Source: Candidatus Binatia bacterium | Lineage (GTDB): Bacteria; Desulfobacterota; Binatia; HRBIN30 | NCBI GenBank assembly: GCA_044450645.1 | Contig: JBIOJG010000012.1 | Location: 36,566-100,565 of the forward strand | Length of the DNA stretch: 64,000 bases | Reading direction: 5' to 3' | In this document: in pieces, positions 25,361 through 34,398 of the stretch | How the letters are laid out: each line of letters opens with the position of its first letter | How positions within the stretch are numbered: the stretch's first letter is position 1 | Position numbers and translations under genes: made by a program | Notes under the pieces: model-generated | What the model was told of the DNA's origin: nothing | The model's input: only the letters and a program-made list of their open reading frames with translations | Databases searched by the model: none

Positions 25361-25751
25361 AAATGCCGACGTGGGTTTGCCCGTAGATCATCAACGAATT
25401 GCGCACGCGTAGCGTCACCTCTTCCCCGTTCTTGAGGTGTAGGGTAGCGCGGCTGTAGTCATGCGAGTCGGCGGCGAAGTCGATGCTCTTGATATTCTCG
25501 AAGGCGACACGCAGATTGCCTCGTCCCATGTCGCCTTCGAGTTGCACGTCGCCGCCGATGTTCAACCGGTTCACATCTACCTTGGTGCCATCTTTGTCGA
25601 CCAGGGTGGCGCGGAAATCCACTGCCGGGTGAATCACGTCCCTGCCACCCGCACTCCCCATACCCAGGAGCAGCGGCGTCACAGCCACCAGGAGCGGAAA
25701 CAGTAGAATTATTGCAGGATTGCGCCGACGCATCATCTCTCCTCGAGTCAA
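25314..25751 (-). CDS. Small (about 140 aa) secreted or membrane-anchored hypothetical protein, first gene of the Mla-type operon
   Basis: The N-terminal hydrophobic segment is RRRNPAIILLFPLLVAVTPLLLGMG. The C-terminal region is beta-rich. I recognise no motif. The start is ambiguous (TTG 25751 or ATG 25736). Confidence 0.5.
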   Translation of the reverse strand: MTRGEMMRRRNPAIILLFPLLVAVTPLLLGMGSAGGRDVIHPAVDFRATLVDKDGTKVDVNRLNIGGDVQLEGDMGRGNLRVAFENIKSIDFAADSHDYSRATLHLKNGEEVTLRVRNSLMIYGQTHVGIYEIRARDLQNITFTS

Positions 25752-25890
25752 CGCTGAGTTTCACGCATAGCACATTGCTTTTGAACTGCAAAACCTCTGC
25801 CCGCTGCGGCTCGCGCCGCATGCAAACAGACACCGCCAGTGCGACATGACGTGGCGCGCCGGCCCAGCGCCAGCTGCTTGCACGTGCTGC

Positions 25891-25928
25891 AGGAGTGAGG
25901 CATTGAAACAGGAGTGAGGCATTGAAAG
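25891..25928. repeat. Perfect tandem duplication of AGGAGTGAGGCATTGAAA (two 19-nt units differing only in the last base)
   Basis: Read directly from the sequence. It lies in the divergent intergenic region between the minus-strand operon (start about 25751) and the plus-strand glycosyltransferase gene. Confidence 0.85.
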
Positions 25929-25980
25929 ATGACCGAACAGCCGCCACTCTCTGCCGGCGGCGGCCCGACGCACGCGATCG

Positions 25981-27792
25981 ATGTTCAAGCCGCAATCGCT
26001 CCCACCTTCAGTCGCTGAAACACGGTCGCCGCCGGGCAGGCTCGACGGGTACTTCATGCTTCGGGTTGGCGCCGTGCTTGCCGCCGGCGCTGGTATCATG
26101 CTCTGGCCGCGATCGCACCCGGGGTACCGGACGGCGTTCTGGCTGTGGGCGGGCGGCATCGTTGCCTATGTTCTCAGCTTTCGGCGCGCCGAGCGAGCGT
26201 TAACACCGCCGCCGGCGAGCGTTCAACTGGGCCTCATCGGTATTCTTGCTCTGGCGGCCGCCCTCAGGCTGGTCGCGATCGAGGATATTCCGGCCAACAT
26301 CAGCATTGATGAAATCCTGCCCAGCCTTGAGGCCCTGCATATCGCGCAGGGCGGCGCACCGAACGTGTTTTCCAGCGTCGGCTGGTTCGGTATGCCGACC
26401 CTGACCTTTTCGTTTGCCGCTGTGGTGATGAGATTCGCGGGTCCCGATGCGTTTTTAGCGGCGCGGCTCTCGTCGGTGTTGATGGGCATCAGTGGCATTG
26501 CCTGCCTATTTTTATTGGCGCGCCGGCTTTTTGGGGACCGTGTGGCGCTGGTGGCGAGCTTCTTCATGGCCATCTCGTTCTGGCATATTCACAACAGCCG
26601 GACGGGGTTTCCGTTCGTGCAGTCGTCGCTGTGGCCCTCTTTGACGCTCTACCTGCTGGTCCGTGCGCGGCAGGGCCGCAGCCGCGCCGCGTTGGCCCTT
26701 GCCGGCGTGACTCTAGGCCTCGCACTGCAATGTTATTTCCCCGTACGCATCCTGCTCCTGCTGTGCCCGCTCTTCTGGCTTGCTGACTGGTTGCGCAATC
26801 CTGTTCCGGTACGGACGATGGCGGCTGACACGGCGACGTTTCTAGTGGCGACCTTGGTCGTGGTGGCGCCGCTGTTGTTGTCGGCGCCTTGGGAGTCAAT
26901 TGCTGGCCACTCGCGCGGCGTACTACTCTGCAATTCGGGAACGTTACAGCATCTTGCTGACTTGTATAAGGTCACCGGTCTGCCGGCGGTATTCGGCCGC
27001 AACCTGCAGGAAGCAGCAGCGATGTTCACGGACTGGGCGGACGTCTGTGTGATGAACCGTTCTCCGGCCGGCTTGCTGGATACGGGGACGTTGGTTGCCT
27101 TGGTCATCGGCGTCCTGGCTGCCGTGCTACAGGGCGAGACGGCTGCGCTCCTGCTCGTGGTGTGGGCGGCCCTCACCTTTGTGCTGGGCGTGGCGTTCAG
27201 CGATGCGCCGCGGGCATCCTACCGGCTGGCACCGGCCATGCCGGCGCTGCTCATCCTCGCGGCGTTCGGCGTCGACCGCGCGCTACTAGCCGTTACGCCC
27301 CCGTGGCGATGGTACCGGCTCACCGTGCGGCCGGTAGTGATTGCCGGTATCGGGCTGTGGCTGCTCGCGCAGAATTATCACTTGTTCTTTGTCGACTATG
27401 CCAAGGGAGACGGCCGGGAGAATGCCGATTCCGCCGTTCGAAGACTGGCCGTGTCGGAGTGCGACGGACGCACGTTCTACTTCGTCGGCGACTGGCTCGC
27501 CATGAACGCGACCGTGTCTCAACAGCCGCATGCCTTGGATCTGTTTTGTCCGGATCATCAATCCGTCGCAGCGGGCGAAATCCCCGGAAGGATAGGGACT
27601 ACGCGTCCCGCCACCTTCCTGATCCTCTTGACGGATTCCCGGGTGACCGACACCCTGCGCCGCTGCTACCCTTCCGCGCAGATTACCATGCACCGGAGCC
27701 GAGATGGTCGCCCGCTCTTTACCAGTGTGGATGTTTCCGTTGCCACCCTGGTCAGCGGCAGATCATGTCCGGCCGAAGCCCAGGTGCCGTGA
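25981..27792 (+). CDS. Integral-membrane glycosyltransferase of the ArnT/PMT (GT39/GT83) type
   Basis: There are many TM helices. The N-terminal loop IDEILPSLEALHIAQGG...GWFGMPTLTF and the segment RLSSVLMGISGIACLFLLARRLFGDRVALVASFFMAISFWHIHNSRTGFPFV are typical of the family. The start is uncertain (25981 or ATG 26056). Confidence 0.7.
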   Translation: MFKPQSLPPSVAETRSPPGRLDGYFMLRVGAVLAAGAGIMLWPRSHPGYRTAFWLWAGGIVAYVLSFRRAERALTPPPASVQLGLIGILALAAALRLVAIEDIPANISIDEILPSLEALHIAQGGAPNVFSSVGWFGMPTLTFSFAAVVMRFAGPDAFLAARLSSVLMGISGIACLFLLARRLFGDRVALVASFFMAISFWHIHNSRTGFPFVQSSLWPSLTLYLLVRARQGRSRAALALAGVTLGLALQCYFPVRILLLLCPLFWLADWLRNPVPVRTMAADTATFLVATLVVVAPLLLSAPWESIAGHSRGVLLCNSGTLQHLADLYKVTGLPAVFGRNLQEAAAMFTDWADVCVMNRSPAGLLDTGTLVALVIGVLAAVLQGETAALLLVVWAALTFVLGVAFSDAPRASYRLAPAMPALLILAAFGVDRALLAVTPPWRWYRLTVRPVVIAGIGLWLLAQNYHLFFVDYAKGDGRENADSAVRRLAVSECDGRTFYFVGDWLAMNATVSQQPHALDLFCPDHQSVAAGEIPGRIGTTRPATFLILLTDSRVTDTLRRCYPSAQITMHRSRDGRPLFTSVDVSVATLVSGRSCPAEAQVP

Positions 27793-27799
27793 GGTCAGC

Positions 27800-29257
27800 T
27801 CAAGCAACCGGCTGGGGAGCGGCCAGACGCCGGTATAGATCGGCGTAGGTCTGAGCCGATCGGTCCCAAGAGAAGTCCGCGCGCATCGCATTCTGGATGA
27901 GCTTCTGCCAGGTCCCGGGGGTGCGGTACGCGTGCAGCGCGCGCTCGATGCAGGCCATGAGGGCGTCGCCGGTATAGTCCACGAACTTGAATCCCGTTCC
28001 TTCGCCGGTCTTCGGATCGAAGTCGGCGATGGTGTCCTCCAGACCTCCGGTGGCGCGGACGATCGGAACGGTGCCGTAGCGCAAGCTGTAGATCTGGTTG
28101 AGTCCACATGGTTCGTAGTGCGACGGCATGAGAAACATGTCACTGCCCGCCTCGATTTTGTGCGCCAAGGCGTTATCGAACGCGATGCGAACGGCGAGCC
28201 GCATTTTGTGCCGATGTGCCAAGCTGGCGAACAGTTCCTGATAGGAGGAGTCGCCGCTGCCCAAGACCACGATCTGGAGCCTCTTGTGCAGGAGTTGAGG
28301 TGCGACCTCACTCAGCAGGTCGAAGCCCTTCTGCGCGGCAAGACGCGACACGATGCCGATCAGCGGCTCCTCGGTGTGAACCGGCAGGCCGACGGCGGCC
28401 TGCAAGTCGGCCTTGCACGCGGCCTTGCCCCTAAGGTCCGCCTGGGAATAGTGCGTCACGATGAAGCGGTCGCGCTCCGGGCTCCACTCGCCGTAGTCCA
28501 CACCGTTGAGGATCCCGCTCAGCACTGTGCGGCGCGCCACCAAAACTCCCTCTAGGCCGCAACCGAACTCGGGTATCTGGATTTCGCGAGCGTAGGTCGG
28601 ACTGACCGTCGTGATGGCGTCGGCGCACACGATACCGCCCTTCAGGTAGTTGATCTTGCCGTAGAACTCGAGCCAGTCGGGCGCGAAGTACCGCCAGTCG
28701 AGGTTCAGCAGGTGCCAGTCGAAGTGCCAGAACAGCCCTTGATAGGCGAGGTTGTGAATGGTCAGCACGGTCCGGATGTTTTCCAGGCCCGGGTAGCGGG
28801 CGGAATCCGCGCGCAGAAATACGGGGGCGAGTGCCGTCTGCCAGTCGTGGCAGTGCAGAACGTCCACCGTCCCGAGATGCGGCAGCAGTGCCGGGATGGC
28901 GCGGGCGAAGAATGCGAAACGCTCGGCGTTGTCCAGATAGTCGCCATCGGGTGTGCCGTAGAGTCCGGTGCGCGCAAAGTACTGGTCCGCTTCGACCAGA
29001 TACACCGGCACGCCCTCTTCCATCTCCGACTCCAACACCCTGGCTGTGACGGTCTGGTCCGAGACGGGCACCTCGAGCCGCCATTCCTTCCGCCGAAGAT
29101 GGAGGCGTTCCCGGGGAATGGAACGGTAGGCTGGAATGATGACGGCAACGTCCACGCCGAGCCGTTTCAGCGCTCCCGGGAGTGCACCGACGACGTCCGC
29201 CAAGCCGCCGGTCTTGGCGAAAGGAACAGCTTCGGAAGCGGCCATTACTACCCGCAT
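27800..29257 (-). CDS. glgA: Glycogen (starch) synthase
   Basis: The N-terminus is MRVVMAASEAVPFAKTGGLADVVGALPGAL (KTGGL motif). The gene has full GT5 length, and the C-terminal block is PSHYEPCGLNQIYSLRYGTVPIVRATGGLEDT. Confidence 0.9.
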   Translation of the reverse strand: MRVVMAASEAVPFAKTGGLADVVGALPGALKRLGVDVAVIIPAYRSIPRERLHLRRKEWRLEVPVSDQTVTARVLESEMEEGVPVYLVEADQYFARTGLYGTPDGDYLDNAERFAFFARAIPALLPHLGTVDVLHCHDWQTALAPVFLRADSARYPGLENIRTVLTIHNLAYQGLFWHFDWHLLNLDWRYFAPDWLEFYGKINYLKGGIVCADAITTVSPTYAREIQIPEFGCGLEGVLVARRTVLSGILNGVDYGEWSPERDRFIVTHYSQADLRGKAACKADLQAAVGLPVHTEEPLIGIVSRLAAQKGFDLLSEVAPQLLHKRLQIVVLGSGDSSYQELFASLAHRHKMRLAVRIAFDNALAHKIEAGSDMFLMPSHYEPCGLNQIYSLRYGTVPIVRATGGLEDTIADFDPKTGEGTGFKFVDYTGDALMACIERALHAYRTPGTWQKLIQNAMRADFSWDRSAQTYADLYRRLAAPQPVA

Positions 29258-29295
29258 GCTCAGTCGTCCTTCGATTGCACCTGCGAGGGGCGGGC

Positions 29296-30294
29296 CTAAT
29301 CGCCAGCTTCACGCAGGTGGCGCGCTGCATCCTCCGGGGGCACGGGGTTGATGTAAAATCCAGTCCCCCACTCGAAACCCGCGACCTTGGTGAGTTTCGG
29401 CATGATCTCGACGTGCCAGTGGTAGAAGCCGTCCTCCGGTTCGCGTGCGGGTGAGGAATGGATGACGTAGTTGTACGGCGGGGCATCGAGCGCCTTGTTC
29501 AAGCGCCGGAGCGCATCGCGCAGGGAGCGGGCTAGGTTGCCATACTCGTGCTTGGTGATCCGCTCGAAAGCTTCGCCGTGGACCTTCGGCAGGATCCAGG
29601 TCTCGAACGGGAAACGCGGGGCAAAAGGACAAACGGTCACGAACTCGTCGTTCTCGGCTACCAGCCGCACCTGATCCTCCCGCTCCTGGCGGATGAGATC
29701 GCAGAACACACACCGTTCTTTGTGTCGGTAATATTCGCGTGCGCCATGCAACTCCTCGGCGACATTCAGTGGGATGATCGGCAATGCGATCAGCTGCGAG
29801 TGCGTGTGCTCGAGACTGGCACCGGCTTCAGCGCCGTGGTTTTTGAAGATCAGGATGTAGCGGAAGCGCCGATCCCTCTTCAGGTCGTGGACGCGATCAT
29901 GATAGGCCCACAGTACGTTCTCGATTTGCTGTTCACTGAGTTCGGCGAGATCCGCCGTGTGATCGGGATCTTCGATGATGACCTCGTGCGCGCCGATGCC
30001 GTTCATCATGTCGAAGATACCTTCGCCTCTGCGGCCCAACTCACCCTCGATGCGAAGGGCGGGGAACTTGTTCGGCACCACCCGTACGCTCCAATCACGG
30101 GAATTCAGAGCGCTGCCATTGGTGCGATACGCAAGCACTTCCGACGGTGTTTCGTCCTCATGGCCGCCGCAGAACGCGCACTCGGTTCTCTTACGTCCTT
30201 CACGGGCGTGGGAGAAATCCGAGGGGCGGCGTGCCCGTTCTGTGGAAATGATCACCCAGCGTCCCATGATCGGGTCTTTCCGGAGTTCTGGCAT
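29296..30294 (-). CDS. galT: Galactose-1-phosphate uridylyltransferase family protein (GalT / ADP-glucose phosphorylase-like)
   Basis: The sequence shows MPELRKDPIMGRWVIISTERARRP, the zinc-site motif CAFCGGHE and the active-site motif HTHSQLIALP. Confidence 0.8.
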   Translation of the reverse strand: MPELRKDPIMGRWVIISTERARRPSDFSHAREGRKRTECAFCGGHEDETPSEVLAYRTNGSALNSRDWSVRVVPNKFPALRIEGELGRRGEGIFDMMNGIGAHEVIIEDPDHTADLAELSEQQIENVLWAYHDRVHDLKRDRRFRYILIFKNHGAEAGASLEHTHSQLIALPIIPLNVAEELHGAREYYRHKERCVFCDLIRQEREDQVRLVAENDEFVTVCPFAPRFPFETWILPKVHGEAFERITKHEYGNLARSLRDALRRLNKALDAPPYNYVIHSSPAREPEDGFYHWHVEIMPKLTKVAGFEWGTGFYINPVPPEDAARHLREAGD

Positions 30295-30464
30295 GGCCGC
30301 TAAACCTTCGATCTTTTTATCTCGTATCCGTAGTGGTCAAGCAAGCTGTTTTCCACCGGGATCATCGGTGGCCCTTGAGGCGACTGGTCGGCGTGAACGA
30401 GCCCGGCATGCCGATAAATGATGCGGTCGAGATTCGATCGTCCGCGAGTGAAGAGGGGCCGTGT

Positions 30465-32882
30465 TCAGGACGCCGCCGCGTGTAGCTGTTGCGATTGGTC
30501 GCGTGGTTCGAGGGCGTGCTCCAGAACCTCGTCGATAGTGTCGACGAAGATGAAGTGCATTTCGGCGCGCACGGTATCCGGCAGGTCTTCAAGGTCCTTT
30601 TCGTTCCGTCTGGGCAAGATGATCGTGTTGATGCCGGCGCGCCGGGCGCCCAGCACTTTCTCCTTGATACCGCCGACGGCGAGCACCTTCCCGCGCAAGG
30701 TGATCTCACCCGTCATGGCCACGTCATGGCGGACCACACGGCCGGTCAGCAATGAGGCCAGTGATGTGGCAATGGTGACCCCACCGGACGGGCCATCTTT
30801 GGGCACTGCGCCCGCCGGGACATGGATATGTAGGTCCAGATTTTCGAAGAAGTCGGGTGGAATTCCCAAGCGCTCGGCGCGGGCGCGCACGTAGCTCAAG
30901 GCCGCCTGCGCAGATTCTTTCATCACCTCGCCGAGGTGGCCGGTGAGCAGCAGTCCTTTCTTGCCGCCCATCTTGGTGGATTCGATGAACATGATGTCCC
31001 CACCCATTGGGGTCCATGCCAGTCCGACCGCCACCCCGGGATCCTGCGTGCGCTCCGCGATTTCGGAAAAGAAGCGTTCCGGCCCGAGGAACTCGTGCAC
31101 CTTGACCGGATCAATGGTCACCGGATCAGTCTTGCCTTCGGTGATACGCCGGGCGACTTTGCGGCACAGGCTGCCGATCTCGCGCTCGAGATTGCGCAGT
31201 CCGGCCTCGCGCGTGTAGTGCCGAATCACATGGCTCAAGCCTTCGGTGGTGAAGGCGATCTGGCTTTCCTGCAGCCCATTTTCCCGGTGCTGCTTCGGAA
31301 TCAGATGCCGGCGTGCGATCTCGAGCTTCTCTTCTTCGGTGTATCCCGCCAACTCGATCACCTCCATGCGGTCGCGCAGGGGTGGCGGAATGGGATCGAG
31401 CAAGTTGGCCGTGGTCACAAACATCACCTTCGAGAGATCGAACGGTACATCGAGGTAATGATCGAGGAAGGTGTTGTTCTGCTCTGGATCGAGCACTTCG
31501 AGCAACGCCGAGGCGGGATCGCCGCGGAAATCGGCCCCCAACTTGTCGATCTCATCGAGCATGAACAGCGGGTTGTTGGAGCCGGCGTTGCGGATGTTCT
31601 GGACGATCCGCCCTGGCAAAGAGCCGATGTAGGTACGCCGGTGACCGCGGATCTCGGCCTCGTCGCGGATGCCGCCGAGTGACAGGCGCACGAATTTCCG
31701 CCCCATCGCCCGTGCGATGGAGCGGCCGAGCGAAGTTTTTCCGGTGCCCGGCGGTCCGACGAAGCAGAGGATGGGACTCTTCGGATCCTTCTTGAGCTGG
31801 CGCACCGCGAGGTACTCGAGAATGCGCTCCTTGATCTTGTCGAGATCGTAGTGGTCTTCGTCAAGAACCTGACGCGCGTGCACGGTATCGAGGTTGTCGT
31901 CGGTCGAGACGGCCCAGGGCAAACTGACCAGCCACTCGAGATAGGTACGCACCACGGTGTGTTCCGCCGACTCCGGCGGGATCATGCGCAGCCGGTCCAA
32001 CTCGGCCTCTGCTGCCTTGCGTGCCTCTGCCGGGAGCTGCGCCGCTTCCATCTTCTTGCGCAGCTCCTCGACGTCGCCCGAGCGGCCGTCGGCCTCGCCC
32101 AGTTCCTTCTGGATGGCCCGCATCTGCTGCCGCAGGTAGAACTCCTTCTGGTTCTTGGTGAGCTCGGACTGGACCTGCGATTGGATCTTGTGCCCCAGTT
32201 CGACCAACTCGATTTCGCGGTTGAGGATGGCAGAAAGCTTCTCGATCCGCGTGCGCACCTCGAGGGTGCTGAGCAGGTCCTGTTTCTCCTCCAGCGAAAT
32301 GTTCAAATTCGATGCGATCAGATCCGTGACCTTGCCCGGATCCTTGATGTTCATGACTACGACTTGGAGCTCGTCGGGCAGGTACGGGATCATGGAGACG
32401 AACTTGGCAAACTGGTTGACCATGTGCGCCTGCATCGCGTCGAGGTCCTTAGACGGCTCGTAGGTATCGGAGAGCAGACGAACGCGCGCCCGGAAGAACG
32501 GGGCGCGCTGGACATAGTCAGCCATTTCGATGCGGCGCAAGCCTTGGATCAGAATGCGCACGCTGTTGTCCGGGTACTTCAGCATTTTGAGGATGCGCCC
32601 GGCCGTTCCCCGGGTGTAGAGGGTGCTCACGTCGGGCTCTTCCTCTTCCGGGTTCTTCTGCGCCACCACGCCGAGCATGCGGTCCCCGGCGAGTGCCTCT
32701 TCGACCACCTTGAGCGACGCCCCCCGGGAAATGAGCAACGGAACGATCGCCGATGGGAAGATCACCACCCCGCGCAAGGGGAGAATCGCCAGCTCACTTG
32801 GCACATCGATGTCGCTCAAATCTTCTTCGAAGGCGAGGAAGCGTTGTTCCTTGCCCTCGTGCTCCTTCTCCGACGTGCTCAT
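30465..32882 (-). CDS. lon: ATP-dependent Lon protease
   Basis: The LON N-domain shows LPLRGVVIFP. The Walker A motif is GPPGTGKTS. The sequence also contains IRGHRRTYIGSLPGRIVQ and the proteolytic site PKDGPSGGVTIATSLASL. ATG 32882 is preceded by GGGGAG. Confidence 0.95.
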   Translation of the reverse strand: MSTSEKEHEGKEQRFLAFEEDLSDIDVPSELAILPLRGVVIFPSAIVPLLISRGASLKVVEEALAGDRMLGVVAQKNPEEEEPDVSTLYTRGTAGRILKMLKYPDNSVRILIQGLRRIEMADYVQRAPFFRARVRLLSDTYEPSKDLDAMQAHMVNQFAKFVSMIPYLPDELQVVVMNIKDPGKVTDLIASNLNISLEEKQDLLSTLEVRTRIEKLSAILNREIELVELGHKIQSQVQSELTKNQKEFYLRQQMRAIQKELGEADGRSGDVEELRKKMEAAQLPAEARKAAEAELDRLRMIPPESAEHTVVRTYLEWLVSLPWAVSTDDNLDTVHARQVLDEDHYDLDKIKERILEYLAVRQLKKDPKSPILCFVGPPGTGKTSLGRSIARAMGRKFVRLSLGGIRDEAEIRGHRRTYIGSLPGRIVQNIRNAGSNNPLFMLDEIDKLGADFRGDPASALLEVLDPEQNNTFLDHYLDVPFDLSKVMFVTTANLLDPIPPPLRDRMEVIELAGYTEEEKLEIARRHLIPKQHRENGLQESQIAFTTEGLSHVIRHYTREAGLRNLEREIGSLCRKVARRITEGKTDPVTIDPVKVHEFLGPERFFSEIAERTQDPGVAVGLAWTPMGGDIMFIESTKMGGKKGLLLTGHLGEVMKESAQAALSYVRARAERLGIPPDFFENLDLHIHVPAGAVPKDGPSGGVTIATSLASLLTGRVVRHDVAMTGEITLRGKVLAVGGIKEKVLGARRAGINTIILPRRNEKDLEDLPDTVRAEMHFIFVDTIDEVLEHALEPRDQSQQLHAAAS

Positions 32883-33130
32883 GATTTCACTCCCCGAGGA
32901 CGGGCAGTACAAACCCCCGCTTCCAAGTGGGTGGGGAGCCGGCTCGTTTGGATCCGCCCCATTTTCTTATCTTGGAGAGACAACATGGTCGTCAATCTAA
33001 TACACGACCCCACCCGCCTCAAGGGGGAGCGGTGCAACGAGCGTGTGGACCGCGGATCCGGGTTCCTTCTTTTGACGCCGATGTTCTGTTATCAGTGTTT
33101 TCGGCTGCAAGAAGGAACCGAGCGCTCCGA

Positions 33131-33598
33131 ATGTTGCACGTGATCAAGTGGCTGTACCTCATCGCCCTCATCGTCTGGGTGGGCGAAGTCGTGTTTTTTT
33201 CGTTCGTCAGTGCACCCAGCCTCTTTCGAGTTTTCCCGCCCGCCGAAGCGGGCCGAGCCGTCGGAGCCGTCTTCCCAACCTACTATGGGATTGGATATGC
33301 GTGCGGCGGCATTCTTCTGGTAGGTTCGCTGGTGTTCATGCGTCGTGGTGTGTCGGGGGCGTGGTGGGCCGTGAACAGTCTTCTGTCGGCCGTCATGCTT
33401 GCGGCAACGTTGTATGCCGGCGCGGTGATTCTGCCGCGGGCTACGGCGCTGCGGCCGCAAATTTTCAGGACGGAGGCGCCGCAGGAGATCAAGGACGAGT
33501 TTAGACGCCTGCACGGATTGGCCGTGACCCTCAACAGTGCGGTGTTGGTGTGCGGCCTCGCTGTCAGCGCCATCACGGCCGCTAGCCTGCGGCCGTAA
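33131..33598 (+). CDS. Small four-TM membrane protein (DUF4149/TMEM205-like)
   Basis: The internal ATG 33131 gives MLHVIKWLYLIALIVWVGEVVFFSFVSAPSLFRV... followed by further hydrophobic helices. The region upstream within ORF 32927-33598 looks non-coding. Confidence 0.6.
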   Translation: MLHVIKWLYLIALIVWVGEVVFFSFVSAPSLFRVFPPAEAGRAVGAVFPTYYGIGYACGGILLVGSLVFMRRGVSGAWWAVNSLLSAVMLAATLYAGAVILPRATALRPQIFRTEAPQEIKDEFRRLHGLAVTLNSAVLVCGLAVSAITAASLRP

Positions 33599-33633
33599 AT
33601 GCCCGCACGCCTGATCTCCGAGAACCTGCCGGC

Positions 33634-34395
33634 ATGACCTGTGTTCCGACCCGCTCCTGGCATGGGCGTGCCCTCTTGTTTGATCTGTTTGGGACGCTGG
33701 TGCACTTCCGTCCCCGTGTGCCTACAGTCGAAGCGGCGGGAGTCCCGTGGCGCTCGGCGATGCATTGGTTGCAGGAAGCGGCGGTGCGCGAACTGCCGGA
33801 CGTTCGCTTCGATGACCTGCTGACCGCCTTGATGCGCGTCACCGAGGAGGTGATCCGGCAGCGCCCACCCGAGTATCGTGAAGTCCCCTCGCGCGAACGC
33901 TTCCGCCGGGCATTGCTGCAGCTCGACATCGACGCGCAACAGGCCCCGGCGCTTGCCGAGCGCCTGTCGCTCGTACACATGTCTCACCTGGCTTCGATGA
34001 CCGTCTTGCCGCCGGCGCATCCGCGCGTGCTGCAGCAGCTCGCCGCGCGCTATCGCTTGGGACTGGTCTCGAACTTCGACCATGCCCCTACGGCGCGGCG
34101 CATTCTTGACGATCACGGTCTGACCGGCTTCTTCGAAGCCATCATCATTTCGGAGGACTTCGGCCAACGCAAACCACACCCCGCAATTTTCGAGGCGGCG
34201 CTGCGGACGCTCGAGGCGGCAGCCGAACACGCGCTGTTCATCGGCGACAGCCTCAGTGATGACGTGACCGGAGCTCAGAATGCGGGTCTGGCGGTGGCGT
34301 GGATCAACGCCAAGCATGATCCGTTGCCTCCCGGCGCGCGCGCGCCGGACTATGTCGTCGCTGAACTCAGCGATTTGCTGACGCTCCTGGAGTAA
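33634..34395 (+). CDS. HAD-superfamily hydrolase (2-haloacid dehalogenase-like motif I)
   Basis: Motif I is LLFDLFGTLV (DxF rather than DxD). Motif II is LVSNF. Motifs III/IV are KPHPAIFE...FIGDSLSDDVTGAQNAG. Confidence 0.8.
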   Translation: MTCVPTRSWHGRALLFDLFGTLVHFRPRVPTVEAAGVPWRSAMHWLQEAAVRELPDVRFDDLLTALMRVTEEVIRQRPPEYREVPSRERFRRALLQLDIDAQQAPALAERLSLVHMSHLASMTVLPPAHPRVLQQLAARYRLGLVSNFDHAPTARRILDDHGLTGFFEAIIISEDFGQRKPHPAIFEAALRTLEAAAEHALFIGDSLSDDVTGAQNAGLAVAWINAKHDPLPPGARAPDYVVAELSDLLTLLE

Positions 34396-34398
34396 CGC

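Noticed and set aside
30330-30360. Short hairpin CCACCG-n7-CGGTGG between galT and lon
   Set aside because: It has only a 6-bp stem and no adjacent U-tract on either strand. That is too weak to call a terminator.
31851-33143. 430-aa plus-strand ORF antisense to lon
   Set aside because: Lon is unambiguous on the minus strand. This is a shadow ORF.
33283-34317. 344-aa minus-strand ORF antisense to the DUF4149 and HAD genes
   Set aside because: It has no motifs. The plus-strand genes have HAD motifs and TM helices.
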